Shown piece after piece: positions 45,374-56,901 of a stretch of 64,000 nt of DNA (its first letter is position 1; the number at the start of each line of letters is the position of its first letter). The notes beneath the pieces are model-generated. The model was given only the letters and a program-made list of their open reading frames with translations, was not told where the DNA came from and did not search any database. The translations under genes were made by a program, and so were the position numbers. This DNA comes from a bacterium (GTDB lineage: Bacteria > Patescibacteriota > Minisyncoccia > Phycocordibacterales > UBA9973), in the NCBI GenBank assembly GCA_037200905.1, contig JBBCGN010000001.1, positions 25,380 to 89,379 on the forward strand, read 5' to 3'.

Positions 45374-47309
45374 TTATCGCGGCTCGGTGTAGATCGGCTT
45401 CTTCTTTCCTGTCGTCACCGTCACGGAACTCGGCGCCGAAGGCACGCCCTGGGAATTGCTGCAGACGATGGTGTACGTGGTCGGCAGGACGGGCGGAACG
45501 ACCGGCACGCCGACGGAGTTATGCGTGGCGCCGCCGGTATTGAATCCGGTACCGGCGCAGGACGTGGCGCCGGTCGAAGTCCAGGTGAGGAGCACGGTCT
45601 GTCCGAGCACGATCATGGCGGGCGTCGGATCGGACATGAGCGTCGCGCTCGCGGGAGGAGGCACGGGGTTCACCACTACCGTGGCGCTCGCGGGAACGCT
45701 TGCGCCGCCGATGTTCGTACAGGTAAGGATATAGGTATAGTTCCTGACACTGCCGAGCGCCCCCTGGCTCTGGGAACCGCCGCCGACCGCTTTCGATCCG
45801 GACCAGTCCCCGCTCGCGGTGCACGAAGTCGGATTATTGGTGACGCTCCAGGTGATGGTCGGACTGATCCTGTTCACGATGCCGGTGATGGGCGTTGCCG
45901 AGACAGTCACGACGGGGACCGGGGGAAGCCCGACGGATACGCCGGTCCATGCCGAACAGTTGTTGCCAGTATCAGATTCAACGACCGCGCCGAAGGCATT
46001 GCGATTGCTCTTGTTGGCGCAGGCGCGGACCGACCATTGACCGGCAGTGGCAAACGTATATGTCGCGCTGGCATTGCCCGCGGCTCCCGCGGCAAGGGCG
46101 GACATGGTCGCGGCCGGCAAGGTCTGTCAGCGTGCCTGCGCCGTTGCCCGCGCTCGAGAGCTGGAAAAAGTTCGGGAACGAGGCGCCTGTCGTCAGGCTG
46201 CCGATGTTTGAAACGGTTGACGTGAATGTCGCCGGCGTACCGACGGTAGCGCTCGCCTGCGGCGGAGCGGAAGCAGTGAGATCAGGGCGCGGCGGCGGCG
46301 TAACGTTTACCGTGATCGCATTCGAGACGACGGTCACCACTGATCCGACGGTGGTACGGCATTGCACGAAATATCCGTATGCGCCCGGAGGAAGCGGCGG
46401 AATCCAGTTGATAGGATTCGCGGCGCTGTATGCGCCCGCGCCGCTGCCGCCGTTTACCGGAGCCTGGGCATTGTCGAGCAATCGGCATTGCGAACCGCCC
46501 TTGCTGACCGAGACGTTATAGGCAAAAGGCACCGAGGTGCCGGAGACGACCGTGTACGGAGTATTCGCGGTAACGGTGATGGTCGCGGGGCAGAGGGCCG
46601 AAGAAATATCCGAGAGCACTCCGGAGAGGGCATTGATGTCTCCCAGGGCCACATCGACCTGATTGATGTTCGTGATGGCTTGCCCGGGGAAATTTTTCAC
46701 CTGCGATCCGGAAATGGCCTCGAGGTTCGCCTGATTGAGCCCGCCCTGCGTGCCGCTCGAGTTGATGCCGATGGCGAGGACGCGTGTGCCGCTCGACTTC
46801 AGGGAATTGGCGGCAGTGACGGCGCTCGTGAGCGCGGTCGCGGCGTCCGTCGGATAGTTCGGATTGCCGTCGGTAATGATGATGACGAGATCGCCCGCGC
46901 CCGTCATGCCGTCAGCGGCCTGCAAGGCCGCCTGCCAGTTGGTGGAGACGCCGTTCGGATGATTCACATACGTGTTGATCTTGGCAAGGACGGCGGCCTT
47001 GTCGGTCGTCGGAGAAAGCGATGCGCCCTGGATGTTGGTGTTGAAGTCTATGACGCCGATCTTGGTCGGCGTGCTCGGCATCAGGCTGTTGACGAGACCG
47101 ATGGCGGCTGATTTGGCGGTCGCGATGTCCGAAGCGGCCATGCTGGTCGAACTGTCGAGCACGAGCATGACATTGAGGCCGCAAGAGCTTGCGAGTGCGG
47201 GATTATTGGCCGCATAGGCTTTCGGGGCAAAAACAAGGCTGGAGAAGAGAAAGGTCGAGGTCAAGATGACTGATAAAACTTTATAATACAAGCTTCTTTT
47301 AGGTTTCAT
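45374..47309 (-). CDS. Secreted VWA-domain surface protein with Ig/CARDB-like repeats (frameshift near 46125)
   Basis: Signal peptide ending AYA; MIDAS DSSTSM, TNWQAAL, IITDGNP; Thr/Ser-rich beta repeats with Cys pairs. Confidence 0.8.
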
Positions 47310-47486
47310 TGCTTGAATTATACTCCAGTGCACGGAGCTTGGACAATACACATATATGGCATGTGTGGATAAACTGGCTGCCCGGATGCCCATTTGCCTT
47401 CGTTGTCCATATATGCTATGCTGTTTCCGTACAAGTCCTGTCGCAACAGGGCTTTTAATTTTAGAAAAATTAAATAATAAAATCAC

Positions 47487-48707
47487 ATGTTAGACCTAAA
47501 AACATTCAAATCAGCGCTCGAACAGTTGGAAGAAGAGAGGAAAATACCGAAAGAAAAGATCCTGGACGCCATCGAACAGGCCATGGCCGCGGCTTACAAG
47601 AAGGACTACGGCAAGAAAGGCCAGATCATCCGCGCAAAATTCGATCTCGACACGGGCAAGACCGATTTCTACCAGGTAAAGATAGTCGTCGACGAATCCA
47701 TCGCTCGGATGGACGAGGACGGCGACGATGAAGAAGAATATTCAGTGAAAGAAGACGGCGACGAGCGCGTGCGCTTCAACAGCGAGCACCACATCATGCT
47801 CGAGGACGCCAAGAAGATAAAGAAGGGCGCGGAACTCAACGACGAGATCGTCTTCCCTCTCGAGCAGAAGGACGACTACGGCCGCATCGCCGCCCAGACC
47901 GCCAAGCAGGTCATCATCCAGAGGATCCGCGAAGCGGAGCGCACGTCCATCATCGACGAATACGGCACCAAGGAAGGCGACATCGTCTCCGGCATGGTGC
48001 AGAAGATCGAGCGCGGCAACGTCTACGTCGACTTCAACCGCGCCACCGGCATCCTGCCCGTCGAAGAGCAGATCCCCGGCGAGTACTTCCAGCGCGGCCA
48101 GCGCATCCGGGCATATCTCTACCTCGTGGAAGACACCCCTCGCGGCATCAACCTGCGCCTCTCCCGCACGCATCCGAAATTCATCGAGAAGCTCTTCGCC
48201 ATCGAAGCGCCTGAAGTGGCGTCGGGCGTCGTGGAGATAAAGTCCATCGCCCGCGAAGCCGGAGCCCGTTCCAAGATCGCGGTATTCTCGAACGACGAGC
48301 ACATCGATCCAGTCGGCTCATGCGTCGGACAGAAAGGCACCCGCGTCAACACCATCACCCAGGAACTCTCCGGGGAAAAGATCGACATCATCCCATGGTC
48401 TGCAGACCCTCGCGTGCTCGTCTCCAATGCCCTCTCTCCTGCGAAAGTCACCGCTATCGAGATCGACGAGCAGGAGCACAAAGCCATGGTGGAAGTGGCC
48501 GAGGACCAGCTCTCGCTCGCCATCGGCAAAGGCGGACAGAACGTGCGCCTCGCCGCAAAGCTCACCGGCTGGAGGATCGACATCAAGGGCGACGGCCAGC
48601 AGGCAGACTCCAAGGAGGAAGAAGAAGCTGCACCGGCTGAAGAAGCAGTAGCTGCTCCGATCCCTTCCGACGATTCCAGCGACGATATTGATAAGGTAGA
48701 GCAATAA
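47487..48707 (+). CDS. nusA: Transcription factor NusA
   Basis: GRIAAQTAKQVI, AREAGARSKIAV, GSCVG, LAIGKGGQNVRLA. Confidence 0.98.
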   Translation: MLDLKTFKSALEQLEEERKIPKEKILDAIEQAMAAAYKKDYGKKGQIIRAKFDLDTGKTDFYQVKIVVDESIARMDEDGDDEEEYSVKEDGDERVRFNSEHHIMLEDAKKIKKGAELNDEIVFPLEQKDDYGRIAAQTAKQVIIQRIREAERTSIIDEYGTKEGDIVSGMVQKIERGNVYVDFNRATGILPVEEQIPGEYFQRGQRIRAYLYLVEDTPRGINLRLSRTHPKFIEKLFAIEAPEVASGVVEIKSIAREAGARSKIAVFSNDEHIDPVGSCVGQKGTRVNTITQELSGEKIDIIPWSADPRVLVSNALSPAKVTAIEIDEQEHKAMVEVAEDQLSLAIGKGGQNVRLAAKLTGWRIDIKGDGQQADSKEEEEAAPAEEAVAAPIPSDDSSDDIDKVEQ

Positions 48708-48722
48708 GACTACAATTCTCAT

Positions 48723-49310
48723 ATGGCAAACATAAATGAAAAACCTTCGAAGTTCATGCTCAACCTGCAGCATGTCCTGCCTCCGTATGCTGATGAGGCG
48801 AAAGGCATCATCAACGGCTTGGTGGAAATAAACTCAAACTCTATCAACAAATACGAATTCATCACCGAGAGCGGACAGCTCAAGCTCGACCGCGTCGGCT
48901 ATTCTTCGCTCGCCTACCCTGTTGCCTATGGACTCGTACCGCAGACATGGGACCAGGACAATGATCTCCTCGACTTCGTCATCGCGAACGTCACCGAACC
49001 GCTCGTGCCCGGATCGCTCGTCGAAGCCCGCGTCATCGGCGTCATGAAATTCGAAGACGGCGGCGAACGGGACGACAAGATCATCACTGTCCTCTCCGAC
49101 GACAAGCGCATGGACCATATCAATTCTTTCGAAGATCTCGGCGACCACTGGCAGAAAGAAACACAGCACTATTTCGAACATTACAAGGACCTCAAAAAGC
49201 CCGGCACCTGCAAGGTACTCGGATTCTTCGGCGTAGATGAGGCGAAGACTATCGTCGCCGAATGCATCGAGCGCTACAACAAAGAATACAAGCCTAAGTT
49301 TACCGAATAA
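48723..49310 (+). CDS. ppa: Inorganic pyrophosphatase (family I)
   Basis: KYE, LDR, YPVAYG.VPQT, D.DLLD, DDKII, FEHYKDL. Confidence 0.92.
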   Translation: MANINEKPSKFMLNLQHVLPPYADEAKGIINGLVEINSNSINKYEFITESGQLKLDRVGYSSLAYPVAYGLVPQTWDQDNDLLDFVIANVTEPLVPGSLVEARVIGVMKFEDGGERDDKIITVLSDDKRMDHINSFEDLGDHWQKETQHYFEHYKDLKKPGTCKVLGFFGVDEAKTIVAECIERYNKEYKPKFTE

Positions 49311-49394
49311 CTTTCGGTAAGTTTCGCCCTCCCTATACGTCATAAGGTGTATAATAAAGACACCTTTATTCTTATTAGTAATTTTTTAACTTTT

Positions 49395-50142
49395 ATGAAA
49401 AAATACACAGGATTTGTAGCCGCCGCAGGTTTGGTTCTCTCTTTCTCTCTTATATCTTCTTTTGCATCGGTCGCCGCCGCAAAAGAAGGCAGCGATGACA
49501 TCAAGGCGAACGCCACCCTCGGCGCTTCGGTTGATACGCGCACCTCAGTCGATATACGCCAAGAAGACAGGGGTGAAAGACAGGAGGACAGGCAGGAAGA
49601 TCGAGGACAGCGCCAGGAAGACCGCCAAGCATTCCGCGCCAAGCTCCAAGACGATCGACAAGCATTTGTAGCAAAATTGAAAACCGACCGAACGGCGTTT
49701 CTGGCCGAAGTGCAGGCCAAGAAGGCCGAGTGGCAGAATGCCAAGGCTGATGTGAAGCAGAAATTCTTCGAAACCGTCCGCGGGTACCGTCGCTACGCGA
49801 TTCGATGCAGTCATCACGGCTCTCGCTGATTTCCAGGTGAAGGCCGGCGATATCATCGTCACCCTTCATGCAGACGGAAATGATACAACGGAAGCCCAGA
49901 GCGATCTTGACCTCTCCAAGCAGAAATTGAGCGACGCCAAGGCGAAGTACGCCGAAGTAAAAGCCATGGTTCCGGCAAATTATGCGGATATCACCGCTGA
50001 TGCCTGGGCAAGGATCAAAGTCGGCGCCCGCGAAACCCGTGACCTCTTGAAGGAATCACGCGAATATCTCCACCAAGCGCTCCAGGAAATCCGCAGCTTG
50101 AACGGCGAAGCGGACGCAAGCGCCAGCGCGAATATCAACTAA
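49395..50142 (+). CDS. Secreted coiled-coil protein (frameshifted)
   Basis: Signal peptide, RQEDR repeats, helical. Confidence 0.65.
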
Positions 50143-50171
50143 TGCGTCATTATTAATTAACTAATTTCCCC

Positions 50172-50384
50172 ATGGAACCAAATCAACCACAGCAGAAATC
50201 GAGCGGCGCCCTCATCGGCACTATCATCGTTATCATCATCCTTGTCATCGGCGGCATCTATTTGTGGCAGAAAAATATGGACGAGAAAGCTGTCGACCGG
50301 AATACGCAAGGTTCTACCACGGCGGCACAACTCGATGCCCAGGTACAGAGCATGGACATCGACCATACTGACGACGGCCTCTAA
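50172..50384 (+). CDS. Small single-TM protein
   Basis: GALIGTIIVIIILVIGGIYLW. Confidence 0.7.
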   Translation: MEPNQPQQKSSGALIGTIIVIIILVIGGIYLWQKNMDEKAVDRNTQGSTTAAQLDAQVQSMDIDHTDDGL

Positions 50385-50410
50385 AGAGGCGGAACGCAGA
50401 ATAACGGGCA

Positions 50411-50436
50411 GAAAAACCGGATTACTCCGGTTTTTC
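50411..50436. terminator. Bidirectional terminator
   Basis: gaaaaaccgga-ttac-tccggtttttc between convergent genes. Confidence 0.7.
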
Positions 50437-51405
50437 TATTTTTATATCATCCATCTTTAGGGTAAACTTAAGAAAATCTGCCAAGCTTCCTGAAGAAAGG
50501 AAGGCATAATCTTCTTTGTGCATTCCGTAGTGCTTCGCGAAATCTTTTTTATCCGGAATCGGCTTGAAGGTATTGGTGCCTGAGGCATAGAAGCCGATGA
50601 TGTGCCCGTTCGGGCCGTACACCGGGTTGCCTGGCAGATAGAACGTATTCGTCTCCTGGACCGGAAGCGGATCCTTGCCTTTCTGTTCCATTGCCTTTTG
50701 AAGAATATGCGTAGTATCTTTTTTAATTTCGGGTTTTTTGTAGACATACGGCTGAACAGGCTTTTTGAAAACTGGATATTCCATGTATTTGCTTTCTCCT
50801 CCCAGCATGCTGAATGACTTTGGATCCCCCATCAAAGATGACGGTTTATGGTGCCTTTTTGTATAGAGATTCTCATTATACGGCGTTTCAATCTGAAGCT
50901 CGTTCGGATAACCTGGTCGCCACTTTATATTAAAATACTGCTTTGCCTTTCCCATTTCGGCGCCTTGTTCTGCTTGAAGAGCATGTATTTCGTCTATAAT
51001 AAGATTTCGCTCTTGAGTGCCTTCGCGTAATTTCATACCCTTGTTGTTAAGTTCATCAATTTTGTCCAATCTTCCAAGAAGATCGGAATGAAGCTGAGTG
51101 CCCAATTGCTGCAACAGCTCACCGTAATTGTCTGTTGTATCTAAGTTGTATATTTTCTCAGCAATCTTGCTTTGTTGCCAAGCGTTCAAACTGTCTTTAT
51201 AATCCAAAATTCTCTTGTCATTTTTATTCTCTACATATATCGGCGGTAATTCTTTCTGTTTCACTTCGTGATGTTTCTGTGCCAAGCCTGGCACCATCAG
51301 GGTGGCTGCACCAGCAGCCATAACAACATTTTTTAAACCTTTTCCTACTTTTTTATTTTCTTCTGCCTCGGCTTTTTCCTTAGGGGATTCAAAATTGAAT
51401 TTCAT
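50422..51405 (-). CDS. AT-rich hypothetical protein with N-terminal hydrophobic segment
   Basis: 327-aa intact ORF. Confidence 0.7.
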   Translation of the reverse strand: MKFNFESPKEKAEAEENKKVGKGLKNVVMAAGAATLMVPGLAQKHHEVKQKELPPIYVENKNDKRILDYKDSLNAWQQSKIAEKIYNLDTTDNYGELLQQLGTQLHSDLLGRLDKIDELNNKGMKLREGTQERNLIIDEIHALQAEQGAEMGKAKQYFNIKWRPGYPNELQIETPYNENLYTKRHHKPSSLMGDPKSFSMLGGESKYMEYPVFKKPVQPYVYKKPEIKKDTTHILQKAMEQKGKDPLPVQETNTFYLPGNPVYGPNGHIIGFYASGTNTFKPIPDKKDFAKHYGMHKEDYAFLSSGSLADFLKFTLKMDDIKIEKPE

Positions 51406-51468
51406 GGAAATAGTATATCATGGCCTGTTTTTTTGACAAAAACGGCTAATAAATATAGGATAAAAAGC

Positions 51469-52530
51469 ATGTCTAAGGTAAATATCATAAAACTGCCCCA
51501 GAGCGAGATCGAGATCACTGGCGAAGTGCCGGCGGACGTCTTCGAGACGTATTTCGCCAAGGCTCTCCACAAGATCGGAGAGAAACCTCGAAGTCGACGG
51601 CTTCAGGAAAGGCAAAGTGCCGGAGCACGTCCTCCTTTCCAAGATTCCCGAGATCCGAGTGCTCGAAGAGATGGCCGAGATGGCCCTTTCCGAGCATTAT
51701 CCGAAGATCATCGACGAAGAGAAGATAGACGTCATCAGCCGCCCGGAAATCTCCATCACCAAGATCGCCCGCAACAACCCTTTGGGCTTCAAGATAAGAA
51801 CATCCGTCCTGCCGGAAGTAAAATTGCCCGACTATAAAGCAATCGCCAAGAAGACCCTTGCCGCAGTGCCTGCGGAAGAGAAGAACGTCACTGTTACCGA
51901 CGAGGACATGGAGAACACTATCATGGACATCCGCCGTTCCCGCGCGCCGAAGAAGCATATGAGCGCGAGCGAGGAAAAAAATGAGGGCGAAGACGAGGAG
52001 AAACCGCCGGAAGAATCCCGGCATTCGACGATGAGTTCGTCAAAGCCCTCGGGCCATTCGAGAACGTTGCTGATTTCAGGGACAAGTTGAAGGTGAACAT
52101 CAAGCTCGAGAAGGAAAATCAGCTCAAGGAGAAAACTCGCATCAAGATCATAGAAAATATCATCGACAAGAGCGCCATCGACCTGCCGAACGTGCTCGTG
52201 GAAGCCGAGCTCGACAAGATTCTCTACCGCATGGATTCCGATATCACTCAGATGGGCCTGAAATTCGAAGATTACCTCAAGCACTTGAATAAGACAGTGG
52301 AAGACCTGCGCAAGGATTTCCGCCCCGATGCCGAGAAGAAGGCCAAGCTCGCCCTGGTCTTGAATGCAATCTCCAAAGAAGAAAAGATCGCTGCCGACCA
52401 GGAAGAAGTGGCCAAAGAAGTGGCTCACATCCTCGAACACTACAAGGATGCCGATCCCGAGCGCGCCGCCATGCACGCCGAGAACGTCCTCACCAACGAA
52501 AAAGTCTTCTCGTTCCTCGAAACGCAATAA
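51469..52530 (+). CDS. tig: Trigger factor (frameshifted)
   Basis: GFRKGKVP ribosome-binding motif (across frameshift); tig-clpP synteny. Confidence 0.9.
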
Positions 52531-52552
52531 CATTTCTCCTAAAAATCGAGAC

Positions 52553-52581
52553 TTGAAAAATGCGCAAAATGAGCGTATAAT
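52553..52581 (+). promoter_or_regulatory. clpP sigma70 promoter, leaderless geometry
   Basis: TTGAAA-17 bp-TATAAT, ATG 6 nt downstream. Confidence 0.7.
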
Positions 52582-52587
52582 ACAGCT

Positions 52588-53181
52588 ATGTTAATACCAA
52601 CAGTCATAGAAAAATCCCAGTTCGGCGAACGGGCATATGATATTTATTCCCGCCTGTTGCGCGACCGCATCGTCTTTTTGGCAGGCCCGATCGACGATCA
52701 CACCGCGAACATCATCATCGCCCAACTGCTCTTTCTCGAGTCCGAGGATTCGAAGAAGGATATCTTTTTTGTATATAAATTCGCCAGGGGGATCAGTGAC
52801 GTCGACAATGGCAATAGTTGATACCATGAACACATCCGCCCCGACGTTTCCACTTTCTGCGTGGGCATGGCGGCTTCCCGGGCGGCGGCCATCGTCCTCT
52901 CCGCCGGAAAGCGCGGCAAGCGCTTCATCCTGCCGAACGCCGAAGTCATGATCCACCAGCCGCTCGGCGGAGTAGAGGGACAGGCTTCCGACATCGCCAT
53001 CACCGCCAAGCACATCCTGAAAACCGGGACAATCTGAACAAGTTCCTCGCCAAGAACACCGGTAAGTCCCTCCAGCAGATCGAAAAAGACGTGGAACGCG
53101 ATTTCTTCATGGACTCCGAAGAGGCAAAGAAGTACGGCATCATCGACGAGATCGTCACCAAATCGAAGACTCCCGGCATAA
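52588..53181 (+). CDS. clpP: ATP-dependent Clp protease proteolytic subunit (frameshifted)
   Basis: [31 protein letters not shown]. Confidence 0.95.
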
Positions 53182-53380
53182 AGTAGATCAAGTAGACAAA
53201 TCGATACCTTCCTGCTATAGTGTGAATGTTGAAATTTACAATCGATTTTCACTTAATTAAAGCTGGTTTATAGGAATATCCCCATATTATGTCGTTTTCA
53301 AAGGAGTTTTTCACATCTTCTCGGATCGGAAAAAGAACCACAGATATAGTGGCCTGTTCTTATAGGCCGGCATAAAACGT

Positions 53381-54919
53381 ATGTCGGCATTAACAATAAT
53401 TGTAATCGGAGCCGGAGCGCTCCTCTTGGGCGTTGGCATCGGCTACTACCTCCGCCTCATCATCGCCCTCGGCAAGAAGCGCTCTATCGAGATCGACATC
53501 AAGCAGATGATGGTCGGCGCCAAGGAAGAAGCCCAGCGCATCACGGACGAAGCCAAGAAGAAGTCAGAGGCGAGCCTGGCCGAACTGAAAGACGAAGAGA
53601 AGAAACGCGAGCAGGGAATTCAAGGAGACGGAAAAGCGGCTCATCAAGAAAGATGAGCTTCTCGACGCGCGCCAGCTCGAAGTGGACAAGGAAGTCGAAG
53701 GCATCAAAGGCCAAAGTCGAGGAGATAAAAGAAGATCCAGGAAAAGGTCCTCGGCATCGAGGAAGCCAAGCGCGCCGAGCTCGAAAAGGTTGCCCGCCTC
53801 TCCGAAACGGACGCCCGCGAGGAACTGATGAAAGAAGTCGAGAAGAAATACGAAGGAAGACCTGCTCGTGCGCATCCAGAAGCTCGAGACTGCGAACGAA
53901 GAAAAGCTCGACAAGCGCGCCCAAGGATATTCTCGCCACGAGCATCCAGCGCCTCGCCTCTTCTACCGCGAGCGACCTCATGACTACCACCGTTTCCATC
54001 CCGAACAACGAGATCAAGGGCAAGATCATCGGCAAGGAAGGCCGCAACATCCGCTCCTTCGAGCGCGCCGCCGGCGTCGAGCTCATCGTGGATGACACGC
54101 CGGGCTCGATCGTCATCTCATCATTCGACCCTATCCGCCGCCAAGTGGCCCGCCTCGCCCTCGAGAACCTCATCCTCGACGGCCGCATCCAGCCGGCAAA
54201 GATCGAGGAGCTCGTGGACAAGGCCCGCGAAGAGATCAATAAGATCATCAAGGAAAAGGGCGAGCAGGCGGTATACGAGTGCGGCATATTCAACTTCGAT
54301 CCCCGCATCGTGGCTATCATCGGCCGCCTCTACTTCCGCACCAGTTACGGCCAGAACGTCCTCCAGCACTCTATCGAGATGTCACACATCGCCGGCATGA
54401 TCGCCGAAGAGCTTGGCGCTGACGTGGCTATCGCCAAAGCTGGCGCCCTCGTACATGACATCGGTAAAGGCTCTCGACCATGAAGTGCAAGGTACGCATG
54501 TGGAGATCGGCATGCGCATCCTCCAGAAGTTCGGAGCCGACGAGCGCATCGTCACCGCAATGAAGAGCCATCACGAGGATTATCCGTATGAGACTATCGA
54601 GTCCATCATCGTCCAGGACTGCCGATGCTATCTCTGGCGGCCGTCCTGGCGCCCGCCGCGACTCCGTAGAGAACTACCTCAAGCGCTTGCAGGAGCTCGA
54701 GGCCCTGGTAAATACCTTCCCTGCCGTCGAGCGCTCCTACCGCCCTCCAGGCAGGCCGTGAAATAAGGATATTTGTCACTCCGGACAAGATTTCCGATGC
54801 CGAAGCCAAGCTTATGGCCCGCGATATCGCTATAAAAATCGAACAAGAGCTGAAATACCCTGGCGAAATCAAGGTTACGATGATCCGAGAGACCCCGCGT
54901 CGTCGAATATGCCCGCTAA
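53381..54919 (+). CDS. rny: Ribonuclease Y (frameshifted)
   Basis: N-terminal TM, coiled coil, [17 protein letters not shown] domain [12 protein letters not shown]...HDIGK. Confidence 0.95.
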
Positions 54920-55091
54920 AACTCTTAAAATACGTCAAAAATAAGACATTTTTTGGAAAATTGTCAATTTTCTTCGGCTATTGCATTGAAAAACCCTTAC
55001 TATATAATGTATTCGTAGTTTAGGTAGAGGAAAAGCCTCGCCATAGCGGGGGCAAGGTCGAACGTATTACCAAGAGTAACTTTTAAAACCT

Positions 55092-55364
55092 ATGAACAAA
55101 CAAGCATTGGCTGAATGGGTACACGGAAAGCTCGGCGGCACCAAGGTGCAGGCAGAGGAAATCGTTGACGGTTTGTTTGATGCTATCGTCGGCACCTTGA
55201 AGAAGGGTGGCGAAGTCTCAATCGCCGGCTTCGGAATCTTTTCCGTCAAAGGCCGCGCTGCACGTATGGCTCGCAATCCAAAGACTGGAGAGCAGGTCAA
55301 AGTGGCTGCGAAGAAAGTTCCAAAATTCCGAGCTGCAAAGGCTTTGAAGGACGCAGTCGAATAA
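55092..55364 (+). CDS. hup: HU family DNA-binding protein
   Basis: MNKQ, GFGIF, RMARNPKTGE, PKFRAAKALKD. Confidence 0.96.
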   Translation: MNKQALAEWVHGKLGGTKVQAEEIVDGLFDAIVGTLKKGGEVSIAGFGIFSVKGRAARMARNPKTGEQVKVAAKKVPKFRAAKALKDAVE

Positions 55365-55381
55365 TCTTTTTATCTCGAGAT

Positions 55382-55417
55382 AAAAACAAAAGCACCCGAA
55401 AGGGTGTTTTTGTTTTT
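55382..55417 (+). terminator. Intrinsic terminator after HU
   Basis: aaaacaaaagcaccc-gaaa-gggtgtttttgttttt. Confidence 0.8.
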
Positions 55418-55439
55418 CTGTATAAGATATAATCATCAG

Positions 55440-55889
55440 ATGAACGGACACATCCCCTAATATCCTGCTGGGGTACGTAAAATCATTCGTACTCTCCTGG
55501 GTAGTACTGCCTACCGCTGCAGCTATCGTTTTTATAGCCACTGCCTTTGGTGGCGCTGCTCATCATAACTGACAACATATCAGCAGCTCTTCGATGATTC
55601 TCTGGCTGGAAGCTACTCTGGTACGGATGTAATGAAGTTCTTCGGCTTGTTCAGCATAGTATTATATATAATCATGGAATTGCTAAAGCTAGCCGGATTG
55701 AAAATGCAGCCTTCATTTGCAAGAGGAGCCGGTTTCATAAGTACCTTCTACGTTGCAGACATATTACTTGTAGTGCGTCCGGTAGAAAATCTCAAGCTGT
55801 CCGGCTCAAAGAGCGGATTCATCTTCGCATTCATACTCTTTTGGGATAGTATCGATATGCGCCTATCGATTATGGTTTTATCTCAATAA
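55440..55889 (+). CDS. Membrane protein, probably frameshifted
   Basis: Hydrophobic partial ORFs (55632-55889 and upstream). Confidence 0.4.
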
Positions 55890-55909
55890 GATAAAAATCA
55901 GCCAGGAAC

Positions 55910-56489
55910 CTAGTATTTCCTGATTACTGCCTTCAATACCGCATTGATGTTCAAACTGTGCGTCGGGTAGAGGGGCTTGTAGTTCTTGTTCGCTGGTTCG
56001 AGCCACACTTTGTTCCCCTGCTTCCTAAAATATTTCAAAGTAAATTCTCCGTCGATTTCTGCGACGACGATCTGGCCGTCCTTGGCCTGGTCCGTCTTTT
56101 CGACGAGCACGAGGTCGCCCTTTTCTATGTGCGCGTCGATCATCGAGTCGCCATCGACTTCGAGCAGGTATGATTTCGTCTTATCTCGTATTAAAAGACT
56201 GTCGAGCTTCACCGTATCGGCGAGCTCTTCTTCCACGGATGCCGGAAAGCCTGCGGTAACATACCCGAGCATCGGCCACGCTGGAAGTATCTTCCGCGAA
56301 AGTATCTGTCGGCACGAGCCTGCCCAAGTGGTCCTTGGCGACCATGCCGGCCTCCACGAGCTTGTTCACTATCTTATATATGGCATTCTTCGACTTCAGG
56401 CCGAACATGTCCATCATCTCCGAATAGCTCGGCATGCGCCTGTTCTCGGAGTAGAACGATTCCAGTTGTGATTGGTAGGAATTATGCAT
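55910..56489 (-). CDS. lexA: LexA-like repressor, winged HTH plus S24 peptidase (frameshift near 56280)
   Basis: RMPSYSEM...GLKSKN HTH; VTAG/FP cleavage site, VDGDSM, EFTLK. Confidence 0.85.
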
Positions 56490-56689
56490 AAATGCTCTTT
56501 CGGAAGAAGAAGCTGACGAGCTTCTCGACGAGGGGTTTGCGGGTTGTGATAGCGGACTTTGCGTAGGATGAGCCTGTGGTCCCTGGCTTCCCTCGAGTAG
56601 TCCATACCTCGTACGATCTTCTGATCGATGATCTTGTTGAGCTTCTGGATCTCCTTCTCTAACATTCTTAAATATTGTGTTTGTGACAT
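56414..56689 (-). CDS. Small basic protein co-transcribed upstream of the lexA-like gene (true end probably near 56485)
   Basis: MSQTQYLRMLEKEIQKLNKIIDQKIVRGMDYSREARDH. Confidence 0.6.
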   Translation of the reverse strand: MSQTQYLRMLEKEIQKLNKIIDQKIVRGMDYSREARDHRLILRKVRYHNPQTPRREARQLLLPKEHLCIIPTNHNWNRSTPRTGACRAIRR

Positions 56690-56741
56690 ATATTTATATT
56701 GATAATTTGACTAATGCGCAGCCCGACGCGGCTACCCAAAC

Positions 56742-56770
56742 AGTATAGGTGAACGAACGTTCACTGTCAC
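56742..56770 (-). promoter_or_regulatory. Promoter with GAAC-N4-GTTC palindrome (LexA/DinR-type box) in its spacer
   Basis: Minus strand GTGACA-gtgaacgttcgttcacc-TATACT. Confidence 0.7.
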
Positions 56771-56901
56771 AAACACTCTGTGGATAACTGCAAACGCCTT
56801 ACTTTGCAGAGGTTTTTTTGAGCTTCAAATAAAACAAATATGACGCGAGGGCAAAGACGCCGATGAGCGGGATCCAGTAATCATGCACTGTCTGATTGGA
56901 G

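Noticed and set aside
49555-49670. RQEDR-type tandem repeats as a DNA repeat element
   Set aside because: Degenerate in-frame low-complexity coiled-coil coding sequence
47364-56787. DnaA boxes (tgtggataa at 47364 and 56779) as oriC
   Set aside because: Isolated single boxes, no cluster, no dnaA/dnaN nearby
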